Shown: positions 8,102-20,123 of the stretch, one piece after another
Layout: each line of letters starts with the position of its first letter
Numbering within the stretch: position 1 is the stretch's first letter
Program-made: the position numbers and the translations under genes
The notes under the pieces: generated by a model
The model's database searches: none
What the model was told of the DNA's origin: nothing
What the model saw: only the letters and a program-made list of their open reading frames with translations
Source: Mollicutes bacterium
Lineage (GTDB): Bacteria; Bacillota_I; Bacilli_A; Izemoplasmatales; Izemoplasmataceae
Assembly: GCA_003559585.1 (NCBI GenBank)
Contig: PWKX01000038.1
Location: 1 to 29,595, forward strand
Reading direction: 5' to 3'
Length of the DNA stretch: 29,595 bases

Positions 8102-9016
8102 TCAATCCTGATTTTTAAAGTATTTATGACGCTTTTTATTGATGATAATTGGTAAAGCTTGCCTTACCACATGTATTGCATTATTGCCTGAGCCTTTTTT
8201 CTCTCCATCTTGATTCCAATGATGAGCATCATCAACCTCAATCACAATGCCCTTTGATTGAAATCGCTTCATCCTAGGCATTTTAGGGGGCTTGATAAAA
8301 AAACCAATGAAAAACAACACGTTATTTAATAAGGGGGTGTACTTATATAATATCACATCAAGTTTTCCATCATCTAAAATCGGTCTGTTAATCATGTTTA
8401 AACTGGCCACACGTCGTGAATTAATCGCCAGCATTAACGTGTAAGTGCCTTTATAGGTTTTGCCTTCCATGGTTGTGATACTCATGTGCATTTTTTTCAG
8501 TCTAAAAAAACGTTTAACCCCTGAGATGATATAAGCAAAAAACCCTAGCAGTCGTTTTAAAAATGATGAGGTTTCATATGAAATATCAATATAACTTCCG
8601 GTGGCACACACATATGAGAAGTACCCATGTTTAGAAACACCAACATCCATAATGACTTTTTGATAAGCTTCAATCACATCTAAAGCGTCATCAAGATCTT
8701 TTGAAATACCAAGTGATGTTCCCAAATCATTGGATGTCCCACTAGGAATATAAGCCACATCTGGTTTATCGTCAAACATCATCAAACCATTTAAACATTC
8801 ATTAAAGGTGCCATCACCCCCTGCAATCACAAGCAATGATGGTTTGGCTTTATTCATAATTTCTTGAACCAACAATTCTGCATGCGTTGGGTAAGTTGTT
8901 TTATATATGTTACACGTGTAACCTAGTGCCGATAAACGGGCTTCTACTTTAGGCAATGCCTGTTCGAATGTTTTCTTACCACTGACCGGATTGTATATGA
9001 GTGTGCATGTTTTCAT
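8102..9016 (-). CDS. Diacylglycerol kinase family (YegS/DagK-like) lipid kinase
   Basis: IYNPVSG, AGGDGTFNE, PSGTSND, DDGKLDV, NQDGE; ends in TGA. Confidence 0.9.
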   Translation of the reverse strand: MKTCTLIYNPVSGKKTFEQALPKVEARLSALGYTCNIYKTTYPTHAELLVQEIMNKAKPSLLVIAGGDGTFNECLNGLMMFDDKPDVAYIPSGTSNDLGTSLGISKDLDDALDVIEAYQKVIMDVGVSKHGYFSYVCATGSYIDISYETSSFLKRLLGFFAYIISGVKRFFRLKKMHMSITTMEGKTYKGTYTLMLAINSRRVASLNMINRPILDDGKLDVILYKYTPLLNNVLFFIGFFIKPPKMPRMKRFQSKGIVIEVDDAHHWNQDGEKKGSGNNAIHVVRQALPIIINKKRHKYFKNQD

Positions 9017-9035
9017 AGTGTCACCTCTTAAGAAT

Positions 9036-9060
9036 AAAAAAGCTCAGTTAAGAGCTTTTT
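9036..9060 (-). terminator. Terminator of pta
   Basis: AAAAAGCTC-6 nt-GAGCTTTTT overlapping the pta stop, with a T-tract on the minus strand. Confidence 0.7.
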
Positions 9061-10018
9061 AATCTGTCATCATACTTTGAGCAGCGGTAATGATTGCGGT
9101 GTTATAAACATCCTCAGCGCTACAACCACGTGATAAATCATTCACTGGTTTATTTAAACCGGCTAAAACAGGCCCCATCGCTTCAAAACGGCCAAGACGT
9201 TGTGTAATCTTATAACCGATATTGCCACTGTTTAAATCCGGGAATATAAAGGTATTAGCTTGTCCTGCGACACTGCTGCTTGGAAATTTTTTCTCCCCAA
9301 CACTGCTAACAAAAGCCGCATCAAACTGCATCTCACCATCAATATCAAACTCTGGGTGTTTCTTCTTAGCAATTTTCGCTGCCTTGACCACTTTTTTGGT
9401 TTCATCAGTCACAGCACTCCCATTGGTAGAAAAAGATAATAACGCTACTTTAGGTTCAATCCCAAACATCTTCGCAGCTTTCGCGGATTCAACCGCAAAC
9501 TCCGCCAAATCCTCACTGCTAGGATTAGGATTGATCGCACAATCACCCATGATGTATTTTTCATCATCACGAACCATTAAAAAATAACCAAATGTTTTGG
9601 TGATCCCGGGTTTGGTTTTAATGATTTGTAAAGCTGGTCTTACCGTATCACCAGTAGAGTGGATAGCACCACTCACCAATCCATCAGCTTTATTCATATA
9701 AACCATCATCGTTCCAAAATAATTAGGTTGTTTGACCATTTCCTTAGCTTGTTCATATGTACACTTACCAGCACGTCTTTCAACTAAAGCTTGAACAAAT
9801 TCATTGTACAATGGCGTGTCTAAGGGATCAATCACATCAATGCCAGTCACATCCATTTTTATGCGTTCTTTACGCCCAATTAAAACCGGGGATATCATCC
9901 CTTCTTTAGATAACCTAACAGCGGCTTCTACAATGCGTTCATCGGTGCTTTCTGGAAAGACAATGCGAATGTCTTTACCTTTGATTTTACTTTTTAGTTC
10001 ATCCATAATATTTGCCAT
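9059..10018 (-). CDS. pta: Phosphate acetyltransferase (short form)
   Basis: IVFPE, ADGLVSGA, RPALQIIKT, DCAINPNP, VALLSFST, DGEMQFDAA, FPDLNSGNIGYK, PVNDLSRG. Confidence 0.96.
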   Translation of the reverse strand: MANIMDELKSKIKGKDIRIVFPESTDERIVEAAVRLSKEGMISPVLIGRKERIKMDVTGIDVIDPLDTPLYNEFVQALVERRAGKCTYEQAKEMVKQPNYFGTMMVYMNKADGLVSGAIHSTGDTVRPALQIIKTKPGITKTFGYFLMVRDDEKYIMGDCAINPNPSSEDLAEFAVESAKAAKMFGIEPKVALLSFSTNGSAVTDETKKVVKAAKIAKKKHPEFDIDGEMQFDAAFVSSVGEKKFPSSSVAGQANTFIFPDLNSGNIGYKITQRLGRFEAMGPVLAGLNKPVNDLSRGCSAEDVYNTAIITAAQSMMTD

Positions 10019-10041
10019 ATTTTCACTCCTTTGTCGCTTCT

Positions 10042-10070
10042 ATTATAAGTTATAATAAAAAAATACTCAA
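10042..10070 (-). promoter_or_regulatory. SigmaA promoter of pta
   Basis: TTGAGT-17 nt-TATAAT on the minus strand. Confidence 0.7.
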
Positions 10071-10080
10071 TGATAACGGT

Positions 10081-10109
10081 GTGACCTTTTGCAAAAAACA
10101 TGATAAAAT
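10081..10109 (+). promoter_or_regulatory. SigmaA promoter of the HAD-HIT pair
   Basis: GTGACC-17 nt-TAAAAT with a TG extension. Confidence 0.6.
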
Positions 10110-10125
10110 GAATTCAGGTGATAAT

Positions 10126-10770
10126 ATGAACAAGATAGATACGATTTTATTTGATTTAGATGGGACATTAATCGACACCAATGACATCATCATTCAAAGT
10201 TATCAACACGCATTTAGCACACATTTTAAAGGTGTGTCTTTATCAAAAGAAGACATCATTGCTTTAATCGGACCACCGCTTAGAACTATTTTTAATCGCT
10301 TTACCAATCAAGACGACCTCGTCGACAAGGCCATTCAAACGTACCTTGATTATTATACTAAGCATGAAAAAGAGATATTCACATTGTACCCACACGTCCT
10401 TAATGTTTTAAAACAATTAAAAAAAGACGGGTTTAAGATTGGCATCGTCACATCGAAATTTTCCAAATCCGCGATGCCTAGTGTAGAACACTTTGAACTG
10501 ATGCCATATTTTGATACCTTTATTGCTTTAGAAGATGTTAAAATACCAAAACCAGACCCTGAAGGGGTTTTTCTTGCCTTAAAACGACTAAATGCAACCA
10601 ACGCTATGATGATTGGTGATAATCAAAGTGATCTTCTAGCTGGTAAACAAGCTGGCATCTTATGTGCTGGTGTAACTTGGAGTATTAAAGGCAGGGACCA
10701 CCTTCAAGAAGTAGCCCCTGATTACATGTTAGAATCAATGCTTGATTTATTAGAAATCTTAAAATCATAA
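10126..10770 (+). CDS. HAD-superfamily phosphatase, PpaX/pyrophosphatase-like
   Basis: Motif I FDLDGTL, motif II VTSK, motif III KPDP, motif IV GDNQSD. Start reassigned to the ATG at 10126 (MNKIDT) after AGGTGA; the track start at 10012 overlaps pta and its promoter. Confidence 0.88.
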   Translation: MNKIDTILFDLDGTLIDTNDIIIQSYQHAFSTHFKGVSLSKEDIIALIGPPLRTIFNRFTNQDDLVDKAIQTYLDYYTKHEKEIFTLYPHVLNVLKQLKKDGFKIGIVTSKFSKSAMPSVEHFELMPYFDTFIALEDVKIPKPDPEGVFLALKRLNATNAMMIGDNQSDLLAGKQAGILCAGVTWSIKGRDHLQEVAPDYMLESMLDLLEILKS

Positions 10771-10786
10771 ATGGGAGTGTGAAACA

Positions 10787-11200
10787 ATGGATTGTATTTT
10801 TTGTAAAATTTTAGATGGTGAAATTCCAGCTTACAAGGTCTATGAAGACGAGCACACCATGGCTTTTTTAGACATCACGCAAGGCACAAAAGGTCACACT
10901 TTATTAATACCTAAAAAACATGTGAAAAACGTGTATGATTTAGATGATGACACTGCAGCAACATTATTTCAAGCTGTACCCAAAGTAGCCAAGGCACTTA
11001 AAAAAGCCTTTAACCCAATTGGATTAAATGTCATCAACAATAACGACCAACCACTACAAAGCGTCTATCATGTCCACATTCATCTTGTGCCTCGTTATGA
11101 TAATGATGGCATGGTTTTAAGTACCATTAACCATCAAGATGATGTATCTAAAGAAACGTTTTTAGAGATTCAAGACGCCATTAAAAACGCATTATCATAA
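10787..11200 (+). CDS. HIT family nucleotide hydrolase
   Basis: N-terminal CIFC, FLDI, GHTLLIPKKH and the histidine triad HVHIH. Confidence 0.95.
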   Translation: MDCIFCKILDGEIPAYKVYEDEHTMAFLDITQGTKGHTLLIPKKHVKNVYDLDDDTAATLFQAVPKVAKALKKAFNPIGLNVINNNDQPLQSVYHVHIHLVPRYDNDGMVLSTINHQDDVSKETFLEIQDAIKNALS

Positions 11201-11240
11201 AAAAAGCCGTTCAATTTTCAAAATTGAACGGCTCATTTTT
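11201..11240. terminator. Bidirectional terminator between convergent HIT and pepA
   Basis: 13-bp stem AGCCGTTCAATTT / AAATTGAACGGCT with an A-tract on the left and a T-tract on the right. Confidence 0.88.
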
Positions 11241-12598
11241 TATATTCTGAAGAGGTTTGTTAGTGTTTTAACCATGACACCAGTAGCGCCAGATTCAGAT
11301 TTATAGGCTGTACCAGCAATATCTAAATGAACCCAAGGTACATCCTTATTGATGAAATGTTTGATAAAGGCTGCAGCGGTCGATGAACCAGCTAAACGCC
11401 CACCACTGTTTTTAATATCTGCCACGTTACTTTCAATCAGTTTATCATGGGCTTTATCAACAGGCATTTGCCAAACATGTTCTTTAGATGCTTTAGACGC
11501 TTTTTCTACTGTTTCATAGAATGATTGATTATTGGTAAACGCCCCAACATATGCATCACCTAAGGCGGCAACAACAGCACCGGTTAATGTCGCAACATCC
11601 ACAATCTTTGTTGCGCCTTCTTTTTGTGCAAACCATACCGCATCCGCTAAGGTTAAACGGCCTTCTGCGTCTGTAGAAATGATCTCAATGGTTGTCCCAT
11701 CAGCGGCCACCAGCACATCATCAGGTACAATGGCGTTATCACCAATACGGTTATCGGTCGCAGCTACCACAACACTCACATTAACTGGTAACTTTAATGT
11801 CGCAATGGCTTTTAGAGCACCTAAGACTGTCGCTGAACCACCCATATCCATTTTCATGTTAGGCATAGAGGTGACACCTTTTAAAGAATACCCCCCTGTA
11901 TCATACATCACACCTTTACCAACTAAAGCGGTCATATCATCGTTATTTGGATTGCCTTTATATGTGATATGAATCAATTTTGGGGCATCGGTTGACCCTT
12001 TATTAACACCTAAGAAAGCACCCATTTTCATGGCTTCACAGTCTGCTTTTTCTAAGACATTGACTGTAACGCCATCAATCGCATCTAATGTTTTAGCAAT
12101 GTTGGCTAATTTCTCTGCGTTTAACACATTGTATGGACGGTTGACCAAATCTTTTGTAAAGTTAACCGCTTCACCAATTACCAAGCCTTCCTTAAATGCT
12201 TCTGTGGCTTTTGTGTGGTAGATGGTAGCCGCTTGTTTCGGATCAGACTTTAACTCTGTAAATGCATAATGTTTGGTGGTAATATATTCAGCAACCAAGG
12301 CTTGATGCTCACTTGCAAATGTATCTACTAAGACAATAGCGTCATCTTTTAATGATTTTATACCCCCAAATACAGCTTCGAACTTATCCTCATCATCTAG
12401 GTGTTTTTCATTGAGGATCATCACTTTTTTCGCAGGCATTTTATTGAGTGGGTGAATCAATTCATATGATGACGTCATCTCATCTGCATCAAAATTAAGC
12501 GCTTTAAGGACCGCTTGTGCTGTCAAACTTTCTTTGCGGTTACTTAAAATCAAAATCTTTGTTTCTTGTGTTAAATCAAAATCATTTTGTATTTGCAT
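11240..12598 (-). CDS. pepA: M17 leucyl aminopeptidase
   Basis: VGKGVMYDTGGYSLK, MKMDMGG, TDAEGRL, DVATLTGA, AAAFI, WVHLDIAGT. Confidence 0.92.
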   Translation of the reverse strand: MQIQNDFDLTQETKILILSNRKESLTAQAVLKALNFDADEMTSSYELIHPLNKMPAKKVMILNEKHLDDEDKFEAVFGGIKSLKDDAIVLVDTFASEHQALVAEYITTKHYAFTELKSDPKQAATIYHTKATEAFKEGLVIGEAVNFTKDLVNRPYNVLNAEKLANIAKTLDAIDGVTVNVLEKADCEAMKMGAFLGVNKGSTDAPKLIHITYKGNPNNDDMTALVGKGVMYDTGGYSLKGVTSMPNMKMDMGGSATVLGALKAIATLKLPVNVSVVVAATDNRIGDNAIVPDDVLVAADGTTIEIISTDAEGRLTLADAVWFAQKEGATKIVDVATLTGAVVAALGDAYVGAFTNNQSFYETVEKASKASKEHVWQMPVDKAHDKLIESNVADIKNSGGRLAGSSTAAAFIKHFINKDVPWVHLDIAGTAYKSESGATGVMVKTLTNLFRI

Positions 12599-12615
12599 AC
12601 TATGTAGCCTCCTAT

Positions 12616-13890
12616 TTATTTTATGATATCTGTGCCCATGTAGGGTCTTAAAACTTCAGGAACCATGATAGTTCCATCTGCTTGTTGGTAGTTTTCTAAA
12701 ATGGCAACAAACGTTCTTCCAACGGCTAAGCCAGAGCCATTTAATGTATGTACATATTCAGTTTTGCTGTCTTTATCGCGTTTAAAGCGAATGTTAGCAC
12801 GTCTAGCTTGATAGTCTTCTGCATTAGAAATAGAACCGATTTCACGGTAAGTTTTATAGGATGGTAAATAGACTTCAATGTCATAGGTTTTAGCCATTGA
12901 AAAACCAATATCTCCACCACATAGCTCAACCACGCGATAAGGAATGTCTAAAGCTTGTAAAACCGCTTCAGAATTTTTAAGCATCGACTCTAATTCTTGA
13001 TAAGAATCTTCTGGTTTCGCAAACTTAATTAACTCGACTTTGTTAAACTGATGCAAGCGAATGATGCCTCTTGTATCACGACCAGCACTACCTGATTCTT
13101 GTCTAAAAGCGGTTGTGAAAGCAGCATATTTTTTCGTTAACTCATCGCCATTCATGATTTCATCGCGATGTAAGTTAATGCTTGGTACCTCAGCGGTTGG
13201 GTTTAAATAAAGCCCGCGTTTATCTGTAAGCTTAAATACATCGTCTTTAAACTTGGGAAACTGACCGGTGGCTTCTAACGATGCTTCATTGACAATATAT
13301 GGCAACAACACTTCTTCATAACCATGTTTGTCTGTGTGCATATCCATCATAAAGTTGATTAAAGCGCGCTCTAATCTTGCACCTAATCCTTTATAAACCA
13401 CAAAACGACTGGCTGCGATTTTAGCCGCACGTTCAAAATCAAGAATATCTAATGCTGTGGCAATGTCCCAGTGTGGTTTTGGTTCAAAGTCAAAGGTTTT
13501 AAAGCTACCATGTTTTTTTACTTCAACATTATCTGATTCATCATGACCCTCAGGAATGTCTTTGTGTGGTAGGTTTGGGATCATTAATAATTGATGTCTA
13601 ATATCTGATTCAAGCGCTTTTAATTTGATATCATGTTCGCCAATGCTTGCCTTTTGATCATCAATCGCAGCTAAAATCTCTGAGACATCTTTCCCTTCTC
13701 GTTTATATTGACCAATTTGTTTGCTGATGGTGTTGCGTTTAGCTTTTAAGTCTTCAATGGCTTGGATCAATGTTCGGCGTTGTGTATCTTTTGAGATAAG
13801 TTGATCCACGACAGACACATCTTCACCGCGACGTTTTAACATCGCTTTCACAAAATCGGGTTTTTCTCTTAACAATTTCATATCTAACAT
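12616..13890 (-). CDS. serS: Seryl-tRNA synthetase
   Basis: MLDMKLLR, coiled-coil arm, PTAEVP, FRQESG..GRDTRGIIRLHQF, TYDIEV, EIGSISN, TLNGSGLAVGR. The ATG at 13890 is best spaced from AAGGAGGT. Confidence 0.98.
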   Translation of the reverse strand: MLDMKLLREKPDFVKAMLKRRGEDVSVVDQLISKDTQRRTLIQAIEDLKAKRNTISKQIGQYKREGKDVSEILAAIDDQKASIGEHDIKLKALESDIRHQLLMIPNLPHKDIPEGHDESDNVEVKKHGSFKTFDFEPKPHWDIATALDILDFERAAKIAASRFVVYKGLGARLERALINFMMDMHTDKHGYEEVLLPYIVNEASLEATGQFPKFKDDVFKLTDKRGLYLNPTAEVPSINLHRDEIMNGDELTKKYAAFTTAFRQESGSAGRDTRGIIRLHQFNKVELIKFAKPEDSYQELESMLKNSEAVLQALDIPYRVVELCGGDIGFSMAKTYDIEVYLPSYKTYREIGSISNAEDYQARRANIRFKRDKDSKTEYVHTLNGSGLAVGRTFVAILENYQQADGTIMVPEVLRPYMGTDIIK

Positions 13891-13912
13891 TGTCATACCT
13901 CCTTTTTTAAAT

Positions 13913-14132
13913 AAAAAAAGCCTCGTCCCTAATCAAAGGGACGAGGCATTGCCCGTGTTGCCACCCTAGTTGACGCTTTAACACGTCCACTTTCGTCATG
14001 TTAACGGTTTGAAACCGGGAATGATTAGTTCCTCTTAGAGGTAGATTTCATTTGGCTTTATTACCGGTTTACACCTACCACCGGCTCTCTTTAAATAAAG
14101 GATCAAATTACTTAGTCTCTTCGTTGATTTAT
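13913..14132 (-). ncRNA. Serine T-box riboswitch leader of serS
   Basis: Stem I with AGUA/GAA S-turn, AGAGA bulge and GGUGUAA loop; specifier GAA-A-UCU-A (UCU at 14043-14045); T-box AACUAGGGUGGCAACACGG (13953-13971), whose UGGC matches the tRNA-Ser G73 discriminator; terminator GCCUCGUCCCU/AGGGACGAGGC plus U7; antiterminator AGGG/CCCU and ACGGG/CUCGU is mutually exclusive with the terminator. Confidence 0.96.
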
Positions 14133-14138
14133 ATGTTG

Positions 14139-14167
14139 AGTTTAGCAATAATCTGGGGCTTTGTCAA
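14139..14167 (-). promoter_or_regulatory. SigmaA promoter of the serS leader
   Basis: TTGACA-17 nt-TAAACT with a TG extension, directly after the gyrA stop. Confidence 0.85.
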
Positions 14168-14173
14168 GACATC

Positions 14174-16792
14174 CTATTCATCAAACAATGAATGTTTAGG
14201 CTTTTTATCATCGCCGTCGCTTTCTTCATCCGTTTGGGTTTCTGGTTCATCTTCATTCGGATTGAGTGAAACCTCTTGTCTTAAAGGGGCTTCTTCTACG
14301 GTTTCTTCTGGGTCGATATCAACGCTGATGCTATCATCGATGTCATCGCTTTCTGGTTCACTTGGTAAAAGCGCAGTGGTCGCCACATAATGACCATCGG
14401 TTAACCGCATCAGTCTAACACCCTGTGTGGCTCTTGAGGAACAACTAATTTGTTGGACAGGAATTCTAATCATCGTTCCTTTATTCGATAAAATAATCAA
14501 ATCTTCATCGCCAACCACACTACTCAAACGAACCAACTGACCATTTTTATCCGTTACATTTAAGGTTTTAACCCCTTTACCACCACGGTTTTGTTGGCGG
14601 TATTCTTCCACATGGGTTCGTTTTCCATATCCTTTTTCAGTCACAATCAAGATATCTTGACATAATTCATCTACTAACGCTGTGCCGATGATGACATCTT
14701 TTGGATTTAATGACATGCCTTTTACACCCGTTGCAGTACGGCCCATTGGGCGAACCGTTGATTCGTTAAAGCGAATCGCTTTGCCATTACTGGCGCCTAA
14801 AATGATATCATGTATACCATCGGTGTGTTTCACCGATAACAGTTCATCATCGTCTTTTAAATTGATGGCTCTAATGCCGTTGGCGCGAATGTTTTTATAA
14901 TCACTAGTTGGCGTGCGTTTCACGATGCCGTGTTTGGTTGTGAAAAACAAAAAGGCACTCTCTTCATCAAAGTCATGAATGGGGGTGATGGCTTGTAAGG
15001 TTTCTCCTTTTTCAAACGGGAGTACATTAACCAATGGTAAGCCGCGTGCTGTACGAGAATATTCAGGAATTTTATACCCTTTAATTTTATACACTCGGCC
15101 CTCGTTGGTAAAGAAAAGCAAGTAATCATGAGTGGAGGTATAAACAATATGTTCAACCGTATCATCTTCATGCATCTTGATGCCGGTCATACCTTTACCG
15201 CCTCTGTTTTGGCGCTTGTAACTCTCGGCGTTCATGCGTTTACAATAACCACCGGTGGTGATAGTGATGATCACATCTTCCTCAGGAATTAAATCTTCAT
15301 CTTCTAAATCTAAATCTTGTGCCAATGAAATTTCAGTGCGTCTTTCATCGCCGAATGATTCACGAACGACTAAAAGATCATCACGAATCACTTGCATTTT
15401 TTGTTCATCACTGGCTAAGACTGATTCTAAGAAGTCAATGGTATCAATGAGTTCTTTCAGTTCATCTTGAATTTTTTCTCTTTCAAGACCACTTAAGCGT
15501 CTTAAACGCATTTCTAAAATGGCTTTCGCTTGTTCGCTAGAAAGGTCAAAGGTTGCCATTAATTGCTCTTCAGCATCATCATAGGCTTGACGGATGATAT
15601 TGATGACTTGATCGATATTATCCAGTGCAATCAGTAAGCCTTCTAAAATGTGTTGTCTTGCTTTGGCTTTTGCCAGTTCAAACTCAGATTTTCTAGTCAA
15701 CACATCGATTTGATGGGCAATGTAATGACGAATGGTGTCTTTTAATGATAAGACTTCTGGTCTTTGATTGACCAAAGCAAGCATATTGATGCCAAATGAT
15801 GTTTGTAATGGGGTGAATTTATATAAGTTATTTAATGTCACCTCTGCGTTGACATCTTTTCTTAACTCAATCACAATTTTAATGCCGTTACGGTTTGATT
15901 CATCACGTAAATCGGTGATGCCCTCAATGCGTTTTTCCTTGGCCAACTCAGCGATTTTTTCAATCAGTCTAGTTTTATTGACCATATACGGTATTTCATG
16001 GACCGTCAACACCTTACGACCGCTTTTCAACTCTTCGGTGCTTACTTTAGCGCGCACCTTAATAGAGCCATTTCCCGTTTCATAGGCTTTGCGTAAATTC
16101 GATAATCCTAAAATTGAACCACCTGTTGGAAAATCAGGTCCTTTAATATGGGTCATCAATTCATCAAGTTCAATATCGGGGTTATCAATGGTCGCAACAA
16201 TGCCATCGATCACTTCGGTTAAGTTATGCGGTGGAATGTTGGTTGCCATCCCTACAGCAATCCCAGTAGCACCATTAACTAAAAGGTTGGGAAACCGCGC
16301 AGGTAAGACTTCTGGTTCTTTTTCAGTTCCATCATAATTCTCAATAAAATCGATGGTATTCTTGCGTATATCCTTCAGCATCTCTGCGCTGATTTTCATC
16401 ATTTTTGCTTCAGTATAACGCATCGCAGCAGCGCCATCACCATCAATAGAACCAAAGTTCCCGTGTCCGTTTACCAGCGGATAACGATAAGAGAATGTTT
16501 GGGCCATTCTAACCATCGCATCATAGATCGCAGAGTCACCATGAGGGTGATACTTCCCCATGACATCCCCAACGATTCTTGCTGATTTTTTATATGATTT
16601 ATCAGGGGTAACACCGAGTTCATCCATGCCGTATAAAATACGACGGTGAACTGGTTTTAGGCCATCTCGGACATCAGGTAAAGCCCTTGATACGATGACA
16701 CTCATCGAGTAGCTTAAAAATGAGGTTTTCATTTCGCTTGAAATGTTGATATCGTTTATTTTATCAAATGAAGTTGGTTTCATTGCATCCAT
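14174..16792 (-). CDS. gyrA: DNA gyrase subunit A
   Basis: [25 protein letters not shown], catalytic AAMRYTE, GyrA box QNRGGKG, beta-pinwheel repeats and an acidic tail. Confidence 0.98.
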   Translation of the reverse strand: MDAMKPTSFDKINDINISSEMKTSFLSYSMSVIVSRALPDVRDGLKPVHRRILYGMDELGVTPDKSYKKSARIVGDVMGKYHPHGDSAIYDAMVRMAQTFSYRYPLVNGHGNFGSIDGDGAAAMRYTEAKMMKISAEMLKDIRKNTIDFIENYDGTEKEPEVLPARFPNLLVNGATGIAVGMATNIPPHNLTEVIDGIVATIDNPDIELDELMTHIKGPDFPTGGSILGLSNLRKAYETGNGSIKVRAKVSTEELKSGRKVLTVHEIPYMVNKTRLIEKIAELAKEKRIEGITDLRDESNRNGIKIVIELRKDVNAEVTLNNLYKFTPLQTSFGINMLALVNQRPEVLSLKDTIRHYIAHQIDVLTRKSEFELAKAKARQHILEGLLIALDNIDQVINIIRQAYDDAEEQLMATFDLSSEQAKAILEMRLRRLSGLEREKIQDELKELIDTIDFLESVLASDEQKMQVIRDDLLVVRESFGDERRTEISLAQDLDLEDEDLIPEEDVIITITTGGYCKRMNAESYKRQNRGGKGMTGIKMHEDDTVEHIVYTSTHDYLLFFTNEGRVYKIKGYKIPEYSRTARGLPLVNVLPFEKGETLQAITPIHDFDEESAFLFFTTKHGIVKRTPTSDYKNIRANGIRAINLKDDDELLSVKHTDGIHDIILGASNGKAIRFNESTVRPMGRTATGVKGMSLNPKDVIIGTALVDELCQDILIVTEKGYGKRTHVEEYRQQNRGGKGVKTLNVTDKNGQLVRLSSVVGDEDLIILSNKGTMIRIPVQQISCSSRATQGVRLMRLTDGHYVATTALLPSEPESDDIDDSISVDIDPEETVEEAPLRQEVSLNPNEDEPETQTDEESDGDDKKPKHSLFDE

Positions 16793-16804
16793 ATCTTAAC
16801 GCTC

Positions 16805-19776
<2,972 letters not shown>

Positions 19777-19802
<26 letters not shown>

Positions 19803-20001
19803 ATTCTCCAACACCTTCAACATCAACGTTATCATCTGGATATAATTTACGGCCACGTCTTGTTTCTGTTTCACCATTGACTTTTGCTAGCCCTTCAAAC
19901 AGAATTGCTTTTATGTCTCCACCACCAGAAGCAACGTTGATAAATTTAAGAAACTGACCCAATGTGATATAAGGGGTTGTGATGGCAATTTTTTCTTTCA
20001 T
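19777..20001 (-). CDS. yaaA: S4-domain RNA-binding protein YaaA
   Basis: YITLGQFLK, SGGGDIK, VNGETETRRGRKLY; canonical position between dnaN and recF. Confidence 0.93.
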
Positions 20002-20047
20002 AGACGTAACCTGCTTTCTTTCTTATATATAAAATATAACTACTTAT

Positions 20048-20076
20048 ATTATATATTAAAAGTAGTAAATAAACAA
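20048..20076 (-). promoter_or_regulatory. Candidate sigmaA promoter of yaaA-recF-gyrB-gyrA
   Basis: TTGTTT-17 nt-TATAAT downstream of the dnaN terminator. Confidence 0.6.
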
Positions 20077-20090
20077 CACTTGCGGCAATA

Positions 20091-20117
20091 AAAAACCACG
20101 CCTTTCAGCGTGGTTTT
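20091..20117 (-). terminator. Terminator of dnaN
   Basis: AAAACCACGC-6 nt-GCGTGGTTTT just after the dnaN stop, with a T-tract on the minus strand. Confidence 0.82.
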
Positions 20118-20123
20118 AAGCGA

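Noticed and set aside
10012-10125. N-terminal extensions in the ORF track (HAD, prs, spoVG, ispE, recF, dnaA, AKR, serS)
   Set aside because: These are longest-ORF artefacts; SD spacing and homology boundaries favour the downstream starts given in the features.
11654-11677. PepA signature STDAEGRL instead of NTDAEGRL
   Set aside because: This is a conservative change at a non-ligand position; the metal-binding Lys, Asp and Glu residues are intact.
14052-14390. 112-aa Ser-rich plus-strand ORF
   Set aside because: It is the reverse complement of the acidic GyrA tail and the T-box leader; the Ser runs simply mirror Glu/Asp codons.
14560-14620. Second GyrA-box-like QNRGGKG in a later blade
   Set aside because: Repeated box-like motifs are expected from the blade repeats of the Bacillota GyrA CTD.
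16490-16570. Possible quinolone-resistance substitutions in the GyrA QRDR
   Set aside because: The sequence [10 protein letters not shown] keeps the susceptible-type Ser and Asp.
20039-20066. ACTACTT-N14-AAGTAGT inverted repeat around the yaaA -10, and TTTTGCAAAA at 10087-10096
   Set aside because: These are short, AT-rich repeats in extremely AT-rich spacers, within chance expectation without conservation data.
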